DNA of 53,072 nt, from positions 1 to 53,072 of the forward strand of contig JAYGCM010000031.1 in assembly GCA_046583355.1 (NCBI GenBank), in the 5' to 3' direction. This document shows, piece by piece, positions 23,349 through 33,219 of the stretch. The stretch's first letter is position 1; each line of letters opens with the position of its first letter. The notes beneath the pieces were generated by a model. The model was not told the origin of the DNA, searched no databases, and worked only from the letters and a program-made list of their open reading frames with translations. The DNA comes from Deltaproteobacteria bacterium (GTDB lineage: Bacteria > Desulfobacterota > Binatia > UBA12015). Position numbers and translations under genes: made by a program.

Positions 23349-24187
23349 TGCCCGACGCAGGGACGATCTATATCGTCTCGACGCCGATCGGGAATCTCGA
23401 GGATATCACGTTGCGTGCCGCCCGCATTCTGGGTGAGGTCGATTGGATCGCGGCCGAAGATACGCGTCGCACACGGATTCTGTTGGACCATCTGGGTCTG
23501 CGCACACGGATGATTTCCTACCATGACGCAACCGAGGCGCAGCGTACCCCGGAGTTGCTCGAGCGGGTTCGCGACGGGGCCTCGATCGCCTTGGTCAGCG
23601 ACGCGGGCACACCATTGGTTGCCGACCCGGGCTACCGCTTGGTCAAGGCGGCGGCCGCGGCTGGACTCTTGGTGGTGCCCATTCCGGGTGCGTCGGCGCC
23701 GCTGGCGTTACTCGCGGCGAGTGGTCTGGCGACGGATCGATTTTGTTTTCTCGGATTTCTGCCGGCCAAAGCCGGTGCGCGGCGCGACGCCATCGAGGCG
23801 ATGCGGAGCCGCACGGAGACGATTCTCGTCTTCGAGACAGCGCGGCGTCTGCCGGCCGCGCTGCGCGAGTTGGCGGATCTCCTCGGCCCGCGGCCGGCAG
23901 TGGTCGGGCGCGAATTGACCAAGAAGTATGAAGAAATTCTGCGCGGCGACCTGGTTTCGCTTTCGGCTGAGATCGGTGCACGTGAGAATCTGCGTGGCGA
24001 GATCGTTCTTGCGATTGGTCGCGCCGAGTCTGAAGTCTCGCCGCAAGACCAGCTCCTCGAGGCGGGCCGTCGTCTGGACGAGCGGCTCGCGGCGGGGGAA
24101 AGCGCCTCACGCGCCGCCCGCGTCGTGGCCGAAGAACTCGGACTCTCCCGCCGGCTGGTCTACGAACAAGCCCACCGTAAAAACTGA
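23348..24187 (+). CDS. rsmI: 16S rRNA (cytidine1402-2'-O)-methyltransferase
   Basis: STPIGNLEDITLRA, AEDTRRT, LVSDAGTPLVADPG and RELTKKYEE motifs. Confidence 0.95.
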   Translation: MPDAGTIYIVSTPIGNLEDITLRAARILGEVDWIAAEDTRRTRILLDHLGLRTRMISYHDATEAQRTPELLERVRDGASIALVSDAGTPLVADPGYRLVKAAAAAGLLVVPIPGASAPLALLAASGLATDRFCFLGFLPAKAGARRDAIEAMRSRTETILVFETARRLPAALRELADLLGPRPAVVGRELTKKYEEILRGDLVSLSAEIGARENLRGEIVLAIGRAESEVSPQDQLLEAGRRLDERLAAGESASRAARVVAEELGLSRRLVYEQAHRKN

Positions 24188-24241
24188 CAGACTCGGATCT
24201 CGTGCGTTGAAGCGCGGGGCTCTGGTCCTTATGTTGGAGGG

Positions 24242-24568
24242 GTGGTGAATCGCGACGCGAAATTCTCGATCGGGCAGGTGGTACAACACCGCTTTCTCTC
24301 CTTCCGTGGGGTGATCTTTGATGTCGATCCGACCTTCGAGCATAGCGAAGAATGGTGGCTCGCCATTCCGGAGAATATGCGTCCGGCCAAGGACCAGCCC
24401 TATTATCACCTTCTCGCCGAGAATGATAAAACGTATTATACCGCCTACGTTTCTGAGCAGAATCTGCTGCTCGATGAGACCGGCGACCCGGTGCGCCATC
24501 CCGATGTTCCCGATATCTTCGGCGACCTTGCCGACGGCTGCTACGAATCGCTGCATACCGCCCATTGA
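24242..24568 (+). CDS. hspQ: Heat shock protein HspQ / YccV-like
   Basis: AKFSIGQVVQHR, RGVIFDVDP, QPYYHLLAE and AYVSEQNL motifs. Confidence 0.92.
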   Translation: MVNRDAKFSIGQVVQHRFLSFRGVIFDVDPTFEHSEEWWLAIPENMRPAKDQPYYHLLAENDKTYYTAYVSEQNLLLDETGDPVRHPDVPDIFGDLADGCYESLHTAH

Positions 24569-24623
24569 GCGCTTGCGCCTGGCCGTTTGTGCGGCTGCTA
24601 CAATGCGCGCGCGCGGCCCCGGC

Positions 24624-25391
24624 TCAGCTGGTCAGCCGCTCGCGTACGGCGCCGGCTGACCAACGCAGCAATACGGCAGATACTCCCAGGATATAAGCCA
24701 GGTCCCAGAGCGCGACCCAGCCCAGAGTTCCGTGGAAGGCATCGCGCGCCAGGCGCACGGGGTGGAGCAGGGGGAGTAGCTCGGCGAAGACGAGCCAGAC
24801 GCCCGTCAGGCGTTCCTCGATCGGAAAGAAGACGTCCGAGAAGAGGAAGAGCGGTGTCAGGAAGAGTGTGAAGTAGAAGCTGAAGAGGTCCATGCTGGGG
24901 ACGCGGAGCGTAAACGAGACGCCGATCGCGGCGAAGAGGAGCCCCGCCAGCGGGATGACGCCAAGGGCGAGCAAGGAGCCGGGCATCGGGGCCAAGCCGA
25001 AGGCCGTGATGACGACGAAGAAGATGCCGCCGTAGAGGCACGAGCGTGTCATGGCCCAGAGAAGCTCGCCGGCGAGAATATCTTCGGCTGTGATCGGTGA
25101 GGTCATCATGGCGTCGTAGACCTTGTCGAAGACCAGGCGCACATAGATATTATAGGTGACCTCGTAGGAGGCCCCGTTCATCGCCGCCACGCAGACCAGG
25201 CCCGGTGCGAGGAATTCGGCGTAGGACATGCCACGCATTTCCGAAATATAGGCACCCACACCGATGCCGATCGCGGCGAGGTAGAAGACCGGCTCGAAAA
25301 AATTGGGCAGCAGGTTGAGCTTCCAGGTGCGAGCGTACATCGCCAGATTGCGCTGCCAGACGGCCACGGCATAGGTCGGCGAAACTCTCAT
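24624..25391 (-). CDS. ABC-2 type exporter permease (NodJ-like)
   Basis: FFEPVFYL, YAEFLAPGL, GELLWA and PLFLFSDVFFP motifs; six hydrophobic segments. Confidence 0.88.
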   Translation of the reverse strand: MRVSPTYAVAVWQRNLAMYARTWKLNLLPNFFEPVFYLAAIGIGVGAYISEMRGMSYAEFLAPGLVCVAAMNGASYEVTYNIYVRLVFDKVYDAMMTSPITAEDILAGELLWAMTRSCLYGGIFFVVITAFGLAPMPGSLLALGVIPLAGLLFAAIGVSFTLRVPSMDLFSFYFTLFLTPLFLFSDVFFPIEERLTGVWLVFAELLPLLHPVRLARDAFHGTLGWVALWDLAYILGVSAVLLRWSAGAVRERLTS

Positions 25392-26329
25392 GCCCCCTCC
25401 TCGATATTGGTGCCGGTGATCGAGAGGAAGACATCTTCGAGATTGGTCGGTCGTACGGTGGGGCGGGCGTTGTCTGCGAGTCCGGCATGCGCGCGTGCAA
25501 GGAGGTCCGAGGCGTTCTCGGTATAGAGCATCAGGCGTCGCCCGGAGCGTGTGCGCAGGGGGGCGAGCTCTTGTGGAAAGATCTCGTTTTCGCGGCTGGC
25601 GTCACAATCCACTTCCAGAGTTTCGCGCGCCAGGTGTTTTTCGATCAGATCGCGCGGCGCTCCGATGGTCTCGATTTTTCCGTCCGCAAAGACGGCGACC
25701 TGCTCACAAAGCCGCTCGGCCTCGTCCATATAATGTGTGGTCAGCAGAACGGTTGTGCCGCCGCGCTGTAGTTCTCGGATCTTCTCCCAAAGCGCTTGAC
25801 GGATGGCCGGGTCGAGGCCGGTGGTGGGTTCGTCGAGGATCAGCAATTCGGGTTTGTTCATCAGAGACATCGCGATCGCGAGTCGGCGCTGGTAGCCGCC
25901 CGAGAGCGCCTTGACCGGCATGCCGGCATGCGAACGCAGGTCGAGGAAGTCCATCATCTCGTCGACACGTGTCTCCAGCGCCGCGCCGGAGAGTCGGTGG
26001 TAGCGACCGAAGATCCGGAGATTTTCCTCGGGCGAGAGAGGCTCGACCAGGGCATTTTCCTGCAAGGTCACACCCAGGCGTTGCCGAACGGAGCGGGCAT
26101 CCTCGGCGATATTGATTCCGAAAACCGAGATCGATCCCGCGCTTGGTTCGGTGACGCCGTAGATCATCCGCAGCATCGTCGTCTTGCCGGCACCATTGGG
26201 GCCGAGCAGGCCGAAGCAGCCGCCGCGCGGCACGTCGAGATCCACCCCGTTGATCACGATCTTGTCACCAAAGCGCTTGGTCACATTGCGAACCTCAATG
26301 ACGGATTCGGACGTATGCGGTGGCGCCAT
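25388..26329 (-). CDS. ABC exporter ATP-binding protein (NodI-like)
   Basis: GPNGAGKTT, LSGGYQRRL, LDEPTTGLDP, TTHYMDEAERLC and LEDVFL motifs. Confidence 0.92.
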   Translation of the reverse strand: MAPPHTSESVIEVRNVTKRFGDKIVINGVDLDVPRGGCFGLLGPNGAGKTTMLRMIYGVTEPSAGSISVFGINIAEDARSVRQRLGVTLQENALVEPLSPEENLRIFGRYHRLSGAALETRVDEMMDFLDLRSHAGMPVKALSGGYQRRLAIAMSLMNKPELLILDEPTTGLDPAIRQALWEKIRELQRGGTTVLLTTHYMDEAERLCEQVAVFADGKIETIGAPRDLIEKHLARETLEVDCDASRENEIFPQELAPLRTRSGRRLMLYTENASDLLARAHAGLADNARPTVRPTNLEDVFLSITGTNIEEGA

Positions 26330-26435
26330 GCCGGAACCCTATGGGGTTCAGACGGCAGTCGCCATAGGGCGGGAGTTGCGGTGTGCGGCGGCCGGGCAGG
26401 CTGGACAAGCGCGTTGCCGAAGCCGAGACTGGAGC

Positions 26436-27692
26436 GTGGCCACGGGAGAGATCAAGGTGCTGACCTTCGGGTGCCGCCTCAATGTGTTCGAGAGTGAGGT
26501 GATGGCGCGTGATGCCGAGGCCGCCGGCGCGTCCAATCTTGTGATCGTCAATAGTTGCGCGGTCACGGCCGCGGCCGAGCGTCAGGTTCGCCAGGCGATC
26601 CGCCGCGTCCGCCGCGAGCGGCCGGATGCTGAGATCGTCGTCACGGGCTGCGGCGCGCAATTGGCGGCAGAGAAATTCGCGGCCATGCCCGAGGTGAGCC
26701 GGGTGCTCGGTAACGCCGAGAAGATGGACCCGGTCAGCTGGGTCGCCCGGCCTGACGCGCCGCGTGTTGCGGTGGCGGATATCCAGCAGGTGCGCGAGAC
26801 GGCCGGCCACCTGCTCGCCGCCTTCGCAAGCCGGACCCGCGCTTTTTTGCAGGTGCAAAACGGTTGCGACCATCGCTGTACCTTTTGCATCATTCCCTTC
26901 GCACGCGGTCCGGCGCGCTCGGTGCCGGTGGTCGAGGTCGTGCAGCAGGTCCGTGCGTTGGTCGAGTCGGGAATCGCCGAGGTGGTCTTCTGTGGCGTCG
27001 ATCTCACATCCTACGGGCCGGATATCGGAGCGGGAGTCACCCTGGGATCTTTGGTGCGGCGGGTATTGCATGAGGTCCCCGAGTTGCGGCGGTTGCGTAT
27101 CTCCTCGGTCGACCCGGTTGAGCTGGATGAAGAACTCTGGACGGCAGTGGCAGAAGAGGAGCGGCTGATGCCGCATTTTCACCTCTCCGTGCAAGCCGGA
27201 GATGATCTGATTCTCAAACGGATGAAGCGCCGCCATACCCGCGACCAGGCCATCGCGACGGCCACGCGTCTGCGCGCGCTGCGTCCCGATGCCGCCATTG
27301 GGGCCGATCTGATCGCCGGCTTTCCCACCGAATCCGACGCGATGTTCCGTAACTCCCTGGACCTGATCGACGAGGCGGGGCTGGTTCATTTGCACGTCTT
27401 TCCCTACTCCGAGCGCCCGGGCACGCCGGCGGCGCGTATCCCGGCCGTCGCCAAGAAGGTCCGCAAGGAGCGCGCCGCACTTCTGCGCGCGGCCGGCGAA
27501 GCCGCTTTGCAGCGTCATCTCGAGGCCAAGGTAGGCAGCTTGGAAGAGGTGCTTGTCGAAGCCGATGGGCGTGGCCTCACGCCGGATTTCTCGCGCGTGG
27601 TGCTCGATCGGGAAGTGCCGGCGGGTCGCTTCGCGCGGGTCTGTATCGAGGCCGCCGACCTTGGGACGCTGCGCGCCAAGGTCCTTGGCTGA
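26436..27692 (+). CDS. mtaB: tRNA ms2t6A methylthiotransferase
   Basis: TFGCRLN, NSCAVT, VTGC, QNGCDHRCTFCIIP and ADLIAGFPTE motifs; GTG start after GGAG. Confidence 0.92.
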   Translation: MATGEIKVLTFGCRLNVFESEVMARDAEAAGASNLVIVNSCAVTAAAERQVRQAIRRVRRERPDAEIVVTGCGAQLAAEKFAAMPEVSRVLGNAEKMDPVSWVARPDAPRVAVADIQQVRETAGHLLAAFASRTRAFLQVQNGCDHRCTFCIIPFARGPARSVPVVEVVQQVRALVESGIAEVVFCGVDLTSYGPDIGAGVTLGSLVRRVLHEVPELRRLRISSVDPVELDEELWTAVAEEERLMPHFHLSVQAGDDLILKRMKRRHTRDQAIATATRLRALRPDAAIGADLIAGFPTESDAMFRNSLDLIDEAGLVHLHVFPYSERPGTPAARIPAVAKKVRKERAALLRAAGEAALQRHLEAKVGSLEEVLVEADGRGLTPDFSRVVLDREVPAGRFARVCIEAADLGTLRAKVLG

Positions 27693-27757
27693 GTTTGCTG
27701 ATCCGCACTCTGCGGCGCGCGCCGGCTGCCGCCTGACTCTTCCCGCACCTTTGTGGA

Positions 27758-28597
27758 TCAGGGCCCTGGGGCGAGGAGCGGGCGTTCCTTGTAGCCGGTG
27801 GGCGGCTCAAAGCGTGCTGCGGGAATCTCGGCTTTCTCGATGGATGTGAAGATCGTCTCGCGCCAGCTTCCGTCGTCTTCATTTTGACGGGTGCGCAGGG
27901 GGATTCCTTCGACCTTGCGGAAGAGGTCAAAGGGATGGTGCATGGCGGGGACGCTTTGGCCGCCGGCTTTCTCGAGCATCCGGGTCTGGAATTCGCCGAG
28001 GTCTTCCAATGCGCGTAGATCGTCCTCGCGGATTCCGGTCGCGGCCCAGCTGGCTGCGCAGATCTCGGCGCCATTTCCGCCCTCGCGCATAATTTCGAAG
28101 ATGACGCAGTCGCGGCCGCTGACGGAGTCCGTGCGTCCGGTATTCCGCACCTGGATCGGTGCCGCCGTGGGCCGCACGGTGGGCTCGCCCATGCCGGCGC
28201 CCCCGAGATGGGCGGCGAGCATTTTCTCCGCCATGGCGCGTTGGTCGGGGGGGAGCTGCTTGAGCTGTTCGCGCATCTGTTTGCGCGCCGCCGCCATTCG
28301 GTCATGGATGGCGGCGCCGGTGTTGCGGTCGAGCCGGGTAATCGATTTCTCTTCGTGGTTGACGATCACCAACACGCCCTTGTCGCCGTCAAAGAGCATC
28401 GTCATCGGTGGGCGTCCTCCGCCGGCGCTTTGCACGTCCATGCGCAGGCGTCGCCCGTCGAGTTCCAGCGCGGAGATCACCGGCTCGTCGTCTATCCGGC
28501 TGTCGGTGCTACTCGTCGTTGCCTTGATGCCGGCGCCGGCTGGCAGGGCGGCCAGGGTAGCTGCGCATAATGAGATCGCTGACATGAAAATCCGCAT
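27758..28597 (-). CDS. Secreted hypothetical protein (DUF4412-like)
   Basis: Signal peptide; RLRMD; TGRTDSVSGRDC; GIPLR; IPAARFEPPTGYK C-terminal motif. Confidence 0.65.
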   Translation of the reverse strand: MRIFMSAISLCAATLAALPAGAGIKATTSSTDSRIDDEPVISALELDGRRLRMDVQSAGGGRPPMTMLFDGDKGVLVIVNHEEKSITRLDRNTGAAIHDRMAAARKQMREQLKQLPPDQRAMAEKMLAAHLGGAGMGEPTVRPTAAPIQVRNTGRTDSVSGRDCVIFEIMREGGNGAEICAASWAATGIREDDLRALEDLGEFQTRMLEKAGGQSVPAMHHPFDLFRKVEGIPLRTRQNEDDGSWRETIFTSIEKAEIPAARFEPPTGYKERPLLAPGP

Positions 28598-28738
28598 GAT
28601 GGTCCTCCGGAATTCAGCGTGGCATACGCGCAGGGGGAGTTGCGAGTTCCGAGAAGGCCCGGAACCGATCTGGCAATAACGCTTGTAGTCGAATTGTGGG
28701 CGGCGGCGGCGGTGAGGGAGGTGCCGTCGCCGCTGAGC

Positions 28739-28945
28739 TCAGTCTTCTACTTTGCTGACATTGGTCGCCTGCGGACCTTTATCGCTGTCGGCGATCTCGA
28801 AGGATACGACATCGCCTTCGGCAAGGGCCTTGAAGCCCTCATTCTGAATGGCCGAATAATGTACAAAAACTTCCGGCCCTTCGTCCTGGACGATGAAGCC
28901 GTAGCCTTTGGCGTTGTTGAACCACTTGACGTGTCCTTGTGGCAT
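28739..28945 (-). CDS. Cold-shock protein (CspA family)
   Basis: [15 protein letters not shown] (RNP1), VFVHYSAI (RNP2) and KGPQATNV motifs. Confidence 0.96.
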   Translation of the reverse strand: MPQGHVKWFNNAKGYGFIVQDEGPEVFVHYSAIQNEGFKALAEGDVVSFEIADSDKGPQATNVSKVED

Positions 28946-29149
28946 TTTCTGGTCTCCGTGTTGCTGGCGATTCGGGACGATGACATCCTGAATCAGAATA
29001 GGAACGTGTTTATCAATATCTCGTCGAGGGGGGAAACGCTCCGGCAGATTCTTTCGGACGCCGGTTCCGGGCCCTGATCTTCGAGGTGGAGACTCAGGCG
29101 GTAGGCGGCGCGGCCGCGTTGTACGGCCACGCAGATAGGATCGGGGTGC

Positions 29150-31099
29150 TCAAGACCCGACTCGTTGGCTCTCGGGCACGACGGCAAGTGCCTCGGCCGG
29201 GTCCTCTACTTCGAGATAGGTATAGCCCGAGAGGCCCTCTTCGTAGCGCCGTCGCAGTCGCGCGCTCTCCTCGACGGTGATTCGCCCGTCGCGCAGGGCG
29301 GCCTCGATCGCGCGGCGGGCCCGCTCGACTAGTTCGGCACGTGAGTATTGCACATAGCCCAGGACCTCATCGACCGAGTCCCCCTCGACCAGATGCTCGA
29401 TCTCGATGCGGTCGCCCTCGCCGAGGCGGATATGGACGGCATCGGTGTCGCCGAAGAGATTGTGCAGGTCGCCCAGGATTTCCTGATAGGCGCCGACCAG
29501 GAACATGCCGATATAATAGGGCGCGCTGCCCTTCGCGTGCAGAGGGAGGACTTGTTTGACTTCGCGTCGGCCGATGAATTGGTCGATTTTGCCATCGGAG
29601 TCGCAGGTGAGGTCCGCAAAGATGCCGCGGCGGGTGGGCTTTTCGTCCAGGCGATGGATCGGAATGGTGGGGAAGAGTTGGCTCACGGCCCAATGGTCCG
29701 GTGCGGATTGGAAGACGGAAAAGTTTCCGTAATAGGTATCGGCCATGGCGCGCTCCAGCCCTTGGAGTTCTTGCGGCAGGTAGTCGAGATCCTGTGCGAG
29801 GCGTAGGATGCGTTCGCAACAGGCCCAGAAGAGCCGCTCGCAGTGGCCGCGTTCGCGCAGGCCGAGGTAGCCGAGGTTGAAGAGGCTGAGGGCTTCTTCT
29901 TTCGTATTGGAGGCGTCGTGCCAGGATTCGATAAGATTCTTGCGCGTCGTCGCCTGATAGGTCTCGAAGAGGGTATGGACGACCCTATGGTCGTTTTTGG
30001 TGGGCGCCTCGGGCGTGCCTTTGGGGGCGACCTCGTTTACGCCGAGCACGTTGAAAATCAATACGGCCTGATGGGCGACCATGGCGCGGCCGGTTTCGGT
30101 GATGATGTCGGGGTGCGCGATGTTTTTCTCGTCGCAGGCTTCGCAGATGGTGGCGACGACGTCACGCGCGTATTCCAGCTCGGTGTAATTCATCGAGGAG
30201 CTGAAATTCGTCTGTGAGCCGTCGTAGTCGACGCCGAGGCCGCCGCCAATATCCATGAATTTGAGCGGGACGCCCATCTCGACAAGGCCGATATAGAAGC
30301 GGGTCGCTTCTTTGACGGCATCGCGAATCGCGCGGATATTGGTGATCTGCGACCCGACATGGAAATGCAGGAGTTCCAGGCAGTCGAGCATATCGACCTG
30401 TTTCAGGCGCTGTACGGCTTGGATGATTTCGTCGGCGGTCAAGCCGAATTTGCTGCGATCGCCCCCGGATTCAACCCAGCGCCCGGCGCCGCGCGCCGCC
30501 AGCTTCGCCCGCACGCCGAGATGCGGCCGGATGCCGAGGTCGCGCGCGACGTCGAGAATCAGCTCGAGCTCGCAGAAGCGGTCGAGGACGATGATCGGCA
30601 TCCGCCCGATCTTCTGCGCCAACAGCGCGATCTCCATATAAGCGCGATCTTTGTAGCCGTTGCAGATCATGAGGGCGTCCTCGCCGTCCATGATGGGCAG
30701 GATCGCGAGCAGTTCGGGCTTGGATCCCGCCTCAAGCCCGACGCCATAGGGACGCCCGAAATCGAGCACCTCCTCGACGACATGGCGCTGCTGGTTCACT
30801 TTGATCGGATATACGATGCGGTGGCGGCCGGTATACTCATGTTCCTTGATCGCGCTGCGAAACGATCCGCAGAGGCTCTCGATGCGGTTGGCTAGAATAT
30901 CCGAGAAGCGAAGCAGGACCGGTAGTTTTATGCCGCGTCGGCGCAGGTGATCGACAAGCTCCGGCAGGTCGATTCCGGGCCCCGCCGGGCCGCGCGGGCG
31001 AACCTCGATGCCGCCGGATTGGTTGGCGGTGAAGAAGCCAGCGCCCCACGCATGAACATCATAGAGTTCGATGGCTTCCTGTACTTTCCAGCCGGCCAC
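29150..31099 (-). CDS. speA: Biosynthetic arginine decarboxylase
   Basis: YPIKVNQ (PLP lysine), GLEAGSKPEL, HFHVGSQI, DIGGGLGVDYDGS, DLTCDSDG and GAYQEILGDLHNLFGD motifs; GTG start inferred. Confidence 0.96.
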   Translation of the reverse strand: MAGWKVQEAIELYDVHAWGAGFFTANQSGGIEVRPRGPAGPGIDLPELVDHLRRRGIKLPVLLRFSDILANRIESLCGSFRSAIKEHEYTGRHRIVYPIKVNQQRHVVEEVLDFGRPYGVGLEAGSKPELLAILPIMDGEDALMICNGYKDRAYMEIALLAQKIGRMPIIVLDRFCELELILDVARDLGIRPHLGVRAKLAARGAGRWVESGGDRSKFGLTADEIIQAVQRLKQVDMLDCLELLHFHVGSQITNIRAIRDAVKEATRFYIGLVEMGVPLKFMDIGGGLGVDYDGSQTNFSSSMNYTELEYARDVVATICEACDEKNIAHPDIITETGRAMVAHQAVLIFNVLGVNEVAPKGTPEAPTKNDHRVVHTLFETYQATTRKNLIESWHDASNTKEEALSLFNLGYLGLRERGHCERLFWACCERILRLAQDLDYLPQELQGLERAMADTYYGNFSVFQSAPDHWAVSQLFPTIPIHRLDEKPTRRGIFADLTCDSDGKIDQFIGRREVKQVLPLHAKGSAPYYIGMFLVGAYQEILGDLHNLFGDTDAVHIRLGEGDRIEIEHLVEGDSVDEVLGYVQYSRAELVERARRAIEAALRDGRITVEESARLRRRYEEGLSGYTYLEVEDPAEALAVVPESQRVGS

Positions 31100-31276
31100 C
31101 CGTGCTCTATAGCGGCATGCCTCGGAGGCCGCTAGAGGCACGGCTGGGAAGTGCACGGGGCCCTTTCGCTGGGGCCTCTGGAGATGCTGGATAATTCTGG
31201 ACACGCTGGCTCAAGAGCGGCATCATCGTGAGCGAGGCGCCCAATACTGGAAAACTCCGGCGAGCGATATGCACGA

Positions 31277-31546
31277 TTGTTGCGGGACTATGTGGCTCGC
31301 GGCCTAGAAGCCGACCTGGCCGGTGCGCGAGTGTCTGCACTCGAGGTGGCCGAGCTTCATGCCGACGCGATGTCGCGCCTTTGTGGAGACCCGCCGGAGG
31401 GCATAGGTTCGATGGTTTTTGCGCGGCTCTCCGAGGCTGAGGTGGAGCTGTTTGAGCTGGGCATTCGCGAACAGGCCGAGAGCCTGACCGCACTCGACCC
31501 ACGCTATGCGACACCGGACTCTCTAGCCGACACCACCGCACCTTGA
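31277..31546 (+). CDS. Small hypothetical protein with weak resemblance to the RsbU N-terminal domain
   Basis: The open frame extends upstream to 31232 (LENSGERYARLLRDYVARG), so the true start may be a non-ATG codon near 31247. Helical, acidic composition. Confidence 0.45.
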   Translation: MLRDYVARGLEADLAGARVSALEVAELHADAMSRLCGDPPEGIGSMVFARLSEAEVELFELGIREQAESLTALDPRYATPDSLADTTAP

Positions 31547-31623
31547 ACCGGGATTGGCTGGGGAACTGGCACTCGTTGGCGGGGTAGGCCATGGATGGGG
31601 GGCGCGCCCGCGCGCACCAGCCT

Positions 31624-33219
31624 ATGTCGACGCCACTTTCGCTCATTATTCCCGCCTTCGAGGAGGCCGAGCGTCTGCCGGTCACGTTGGATGCCTTGCA
31701 TCGGGCGGCCGCCCGGCTCGATCGCGAGGTCGAGTTGATCGTTGTGGACGACGGCAGCACTGATGCAACGGCGACGGTCGCCGAACAATATGGTGCCCGC
31801 GTGGTCCGCCTGCCGGAGAATCGGGGTAAAGGGGCGGCCGTATCCGCCGGAGTGCGCGCCGCGCGCCATCCGCTGATCGCCTTCACGGACGCGGATTGCC
31901 CCTATGATCTCGACTCCCTGGGCCCCATGCTCGCGGCGATCGAGGCTGGCAGATGTGATATCGCGATCGGCGCGCGCGACCTGCCTGGCTCTGGAGTCAA
32001 TCTTGGATATGGGATCCTGCGGCGTCTTTCGGGTCAGGCATTTTCGTTTCTTACCTGGTTGGCGATTGGTCTGCCCTTCCGTGACAGCCAATGCGGTTTG
32101 AAGGCTTTTCGTGCCGACACAGCTCGTGAACTCTTTGCCATGCGTACGATTGAGGGCTTCGGTTTCGACTTCGAGATTCTCGCCGCAGCACTCGCGGTCG
32201 GTCATCGGGTCGAGCGATTTCCGGTGCTACTGACGCATTCGGATGATTCTCGCATTCAGCTCTTGCGCGATAGCCTACGGATGGCTGTCGATTTGTTGCG
32301 GGTGCGGCGGGCCTTGCGGCGGCGCGCCTATGATTTCCATCCGGATTTGGTTGAGGAGCATCCATGCCCCCTCTGCGGCGCGGTGGAGTTCGAGCCGCGT
32401 TCTGCCAAGAACGGGTTTCGCATGGTGGAATGCTGCGCGTGTCGTCTCTGGTACCTCAACCCGATGCCGACCGAGGCGGCGCTTGCCGCCCTCTATGACG
32501 ACGAATATTTTTCGAGTGATGAGAGTCTGGGCGCGGGGTATGCGGATTATGCTGAGCGCGCAGAAGACTTCCGCGATCTCTTCCGCCATCGTCTGGACGC
32601 GCTTCCCGCGGATGTGGGAAAAGGCCGAATTCTCGATATCGGGGCAGGCTTTGGCTATCTTCTCGACGCTGCGCGCGACCGCTTTGCCGAGACCTGGGCG
32701 GTGGAGCGCAACGCGACGGCCGCGGCCGCCATCGAGGCCACAGGTCAGGTCGTGCACGGCTCGTTTGCGGAGGTCGAGCTTCCCGAGGCCACCTTCGACG
32801 TCGTGAGCATGCAGGATTGTTTCGAGCATCTGCGCGACCCACATGCGGTCCTGGCGCGGGTGCGCCGCATTCTGGTTCCCGGTGGTACGCTGATGGTCGT
32901 TACGCCGAATACCGCTAGCCTGCTCGCGTCCTTGCAACGCAGCGGTTGGGTATCGCTCAAATTTCCCGAACATGTGGCGCTCTACAACCCGGCCACTCTG
33001 AGGCGAATCCTCGAGGCCGAGGGCTTTGTCATCGACTCGATGGTGCCGGCCGGGCAATATGCGCGGCTCGATTTTCTCGCCTCGCGAATTTTCAGCGGCT
33101 ACCCGCAGCTAGCCGGCCGAGCGCGGCGCTTGGTGGCGCGCCTCGGTGGCGCGCGCCGCCGGCTCTGGGTCGGCTCGGGCTCGCTCCTGGTAATGGCTCG
33201 TGTCAGGCGGGGCGTGTAG
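31624..33219 (+). CDS. Fusion of a GT2 (dolichyl-phosphate glucosyltransferase-like) domain and a class I SAM methyltransferase with a Zn-ribbon linker
   Basis: SLIIPAFEE, VVDDGSTD, NRGKG, FTDAD, DSQCGLK and FDFEIL; then CPLC...CCAC, ILDIGAGFG, FEHLRDP and LVPGG. Confidence 0.88.
   Translation: MSTPLSLIIPAFEEAERLPVTLDALHRAAARLDREVELIVVDDGSTDATATVAEQYGARVVRLPENRGKGAAVSAGVRAARHPLIAFTDADCPYDLDSLGPMLAAIEAGRCDIAIGARDLPGSGVNLGYGILRRLSGQAFSFLTWLAIGLPFRDSQCGLKAFRADTARELFAMRTIEGFGFDFEILAAALAVGHRVERFPVLLTHSDDSRIQLLRDSLRMAVDLLRVRRALRRRAYDFHPDLVEEHPCPLCGAVEFEPRSAKNGFRMVECCACRLWYLNPMPTEAALAALYDDEYFSSDESLGAGYADYAERAEDFRDLFRHRLDALPADVGKGRILDIGAGFGYLLDAARDRFAETWAVERNATAAAAIEATGQVVHGSFAEVELPEATFDVVSMQDCFEHLRDPHAVLARVRRILVPGGTLMVVTPNTASLLASLQRSGWVSLKFPEHVALYNPATLRRILEAEGFVIDSMVPAGQYARLDFLASRIFSGYPQLAGRARRLVARLGGARRRLWVGSGSLLVMARVRRGV

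Noticed and set aside
24624..26329. Nodulation genes (NodI/NodJ similarity)
   Set aside because: This is a generic ABC-2 exporter family and no nodABC genes are present.
28700..29040. Lower-GC patch around the cold-shock gene as a possible foreign island
   Set aside because: It is short and explained by a highly expressed small gene and its promoter/leader; there are no mobility features.
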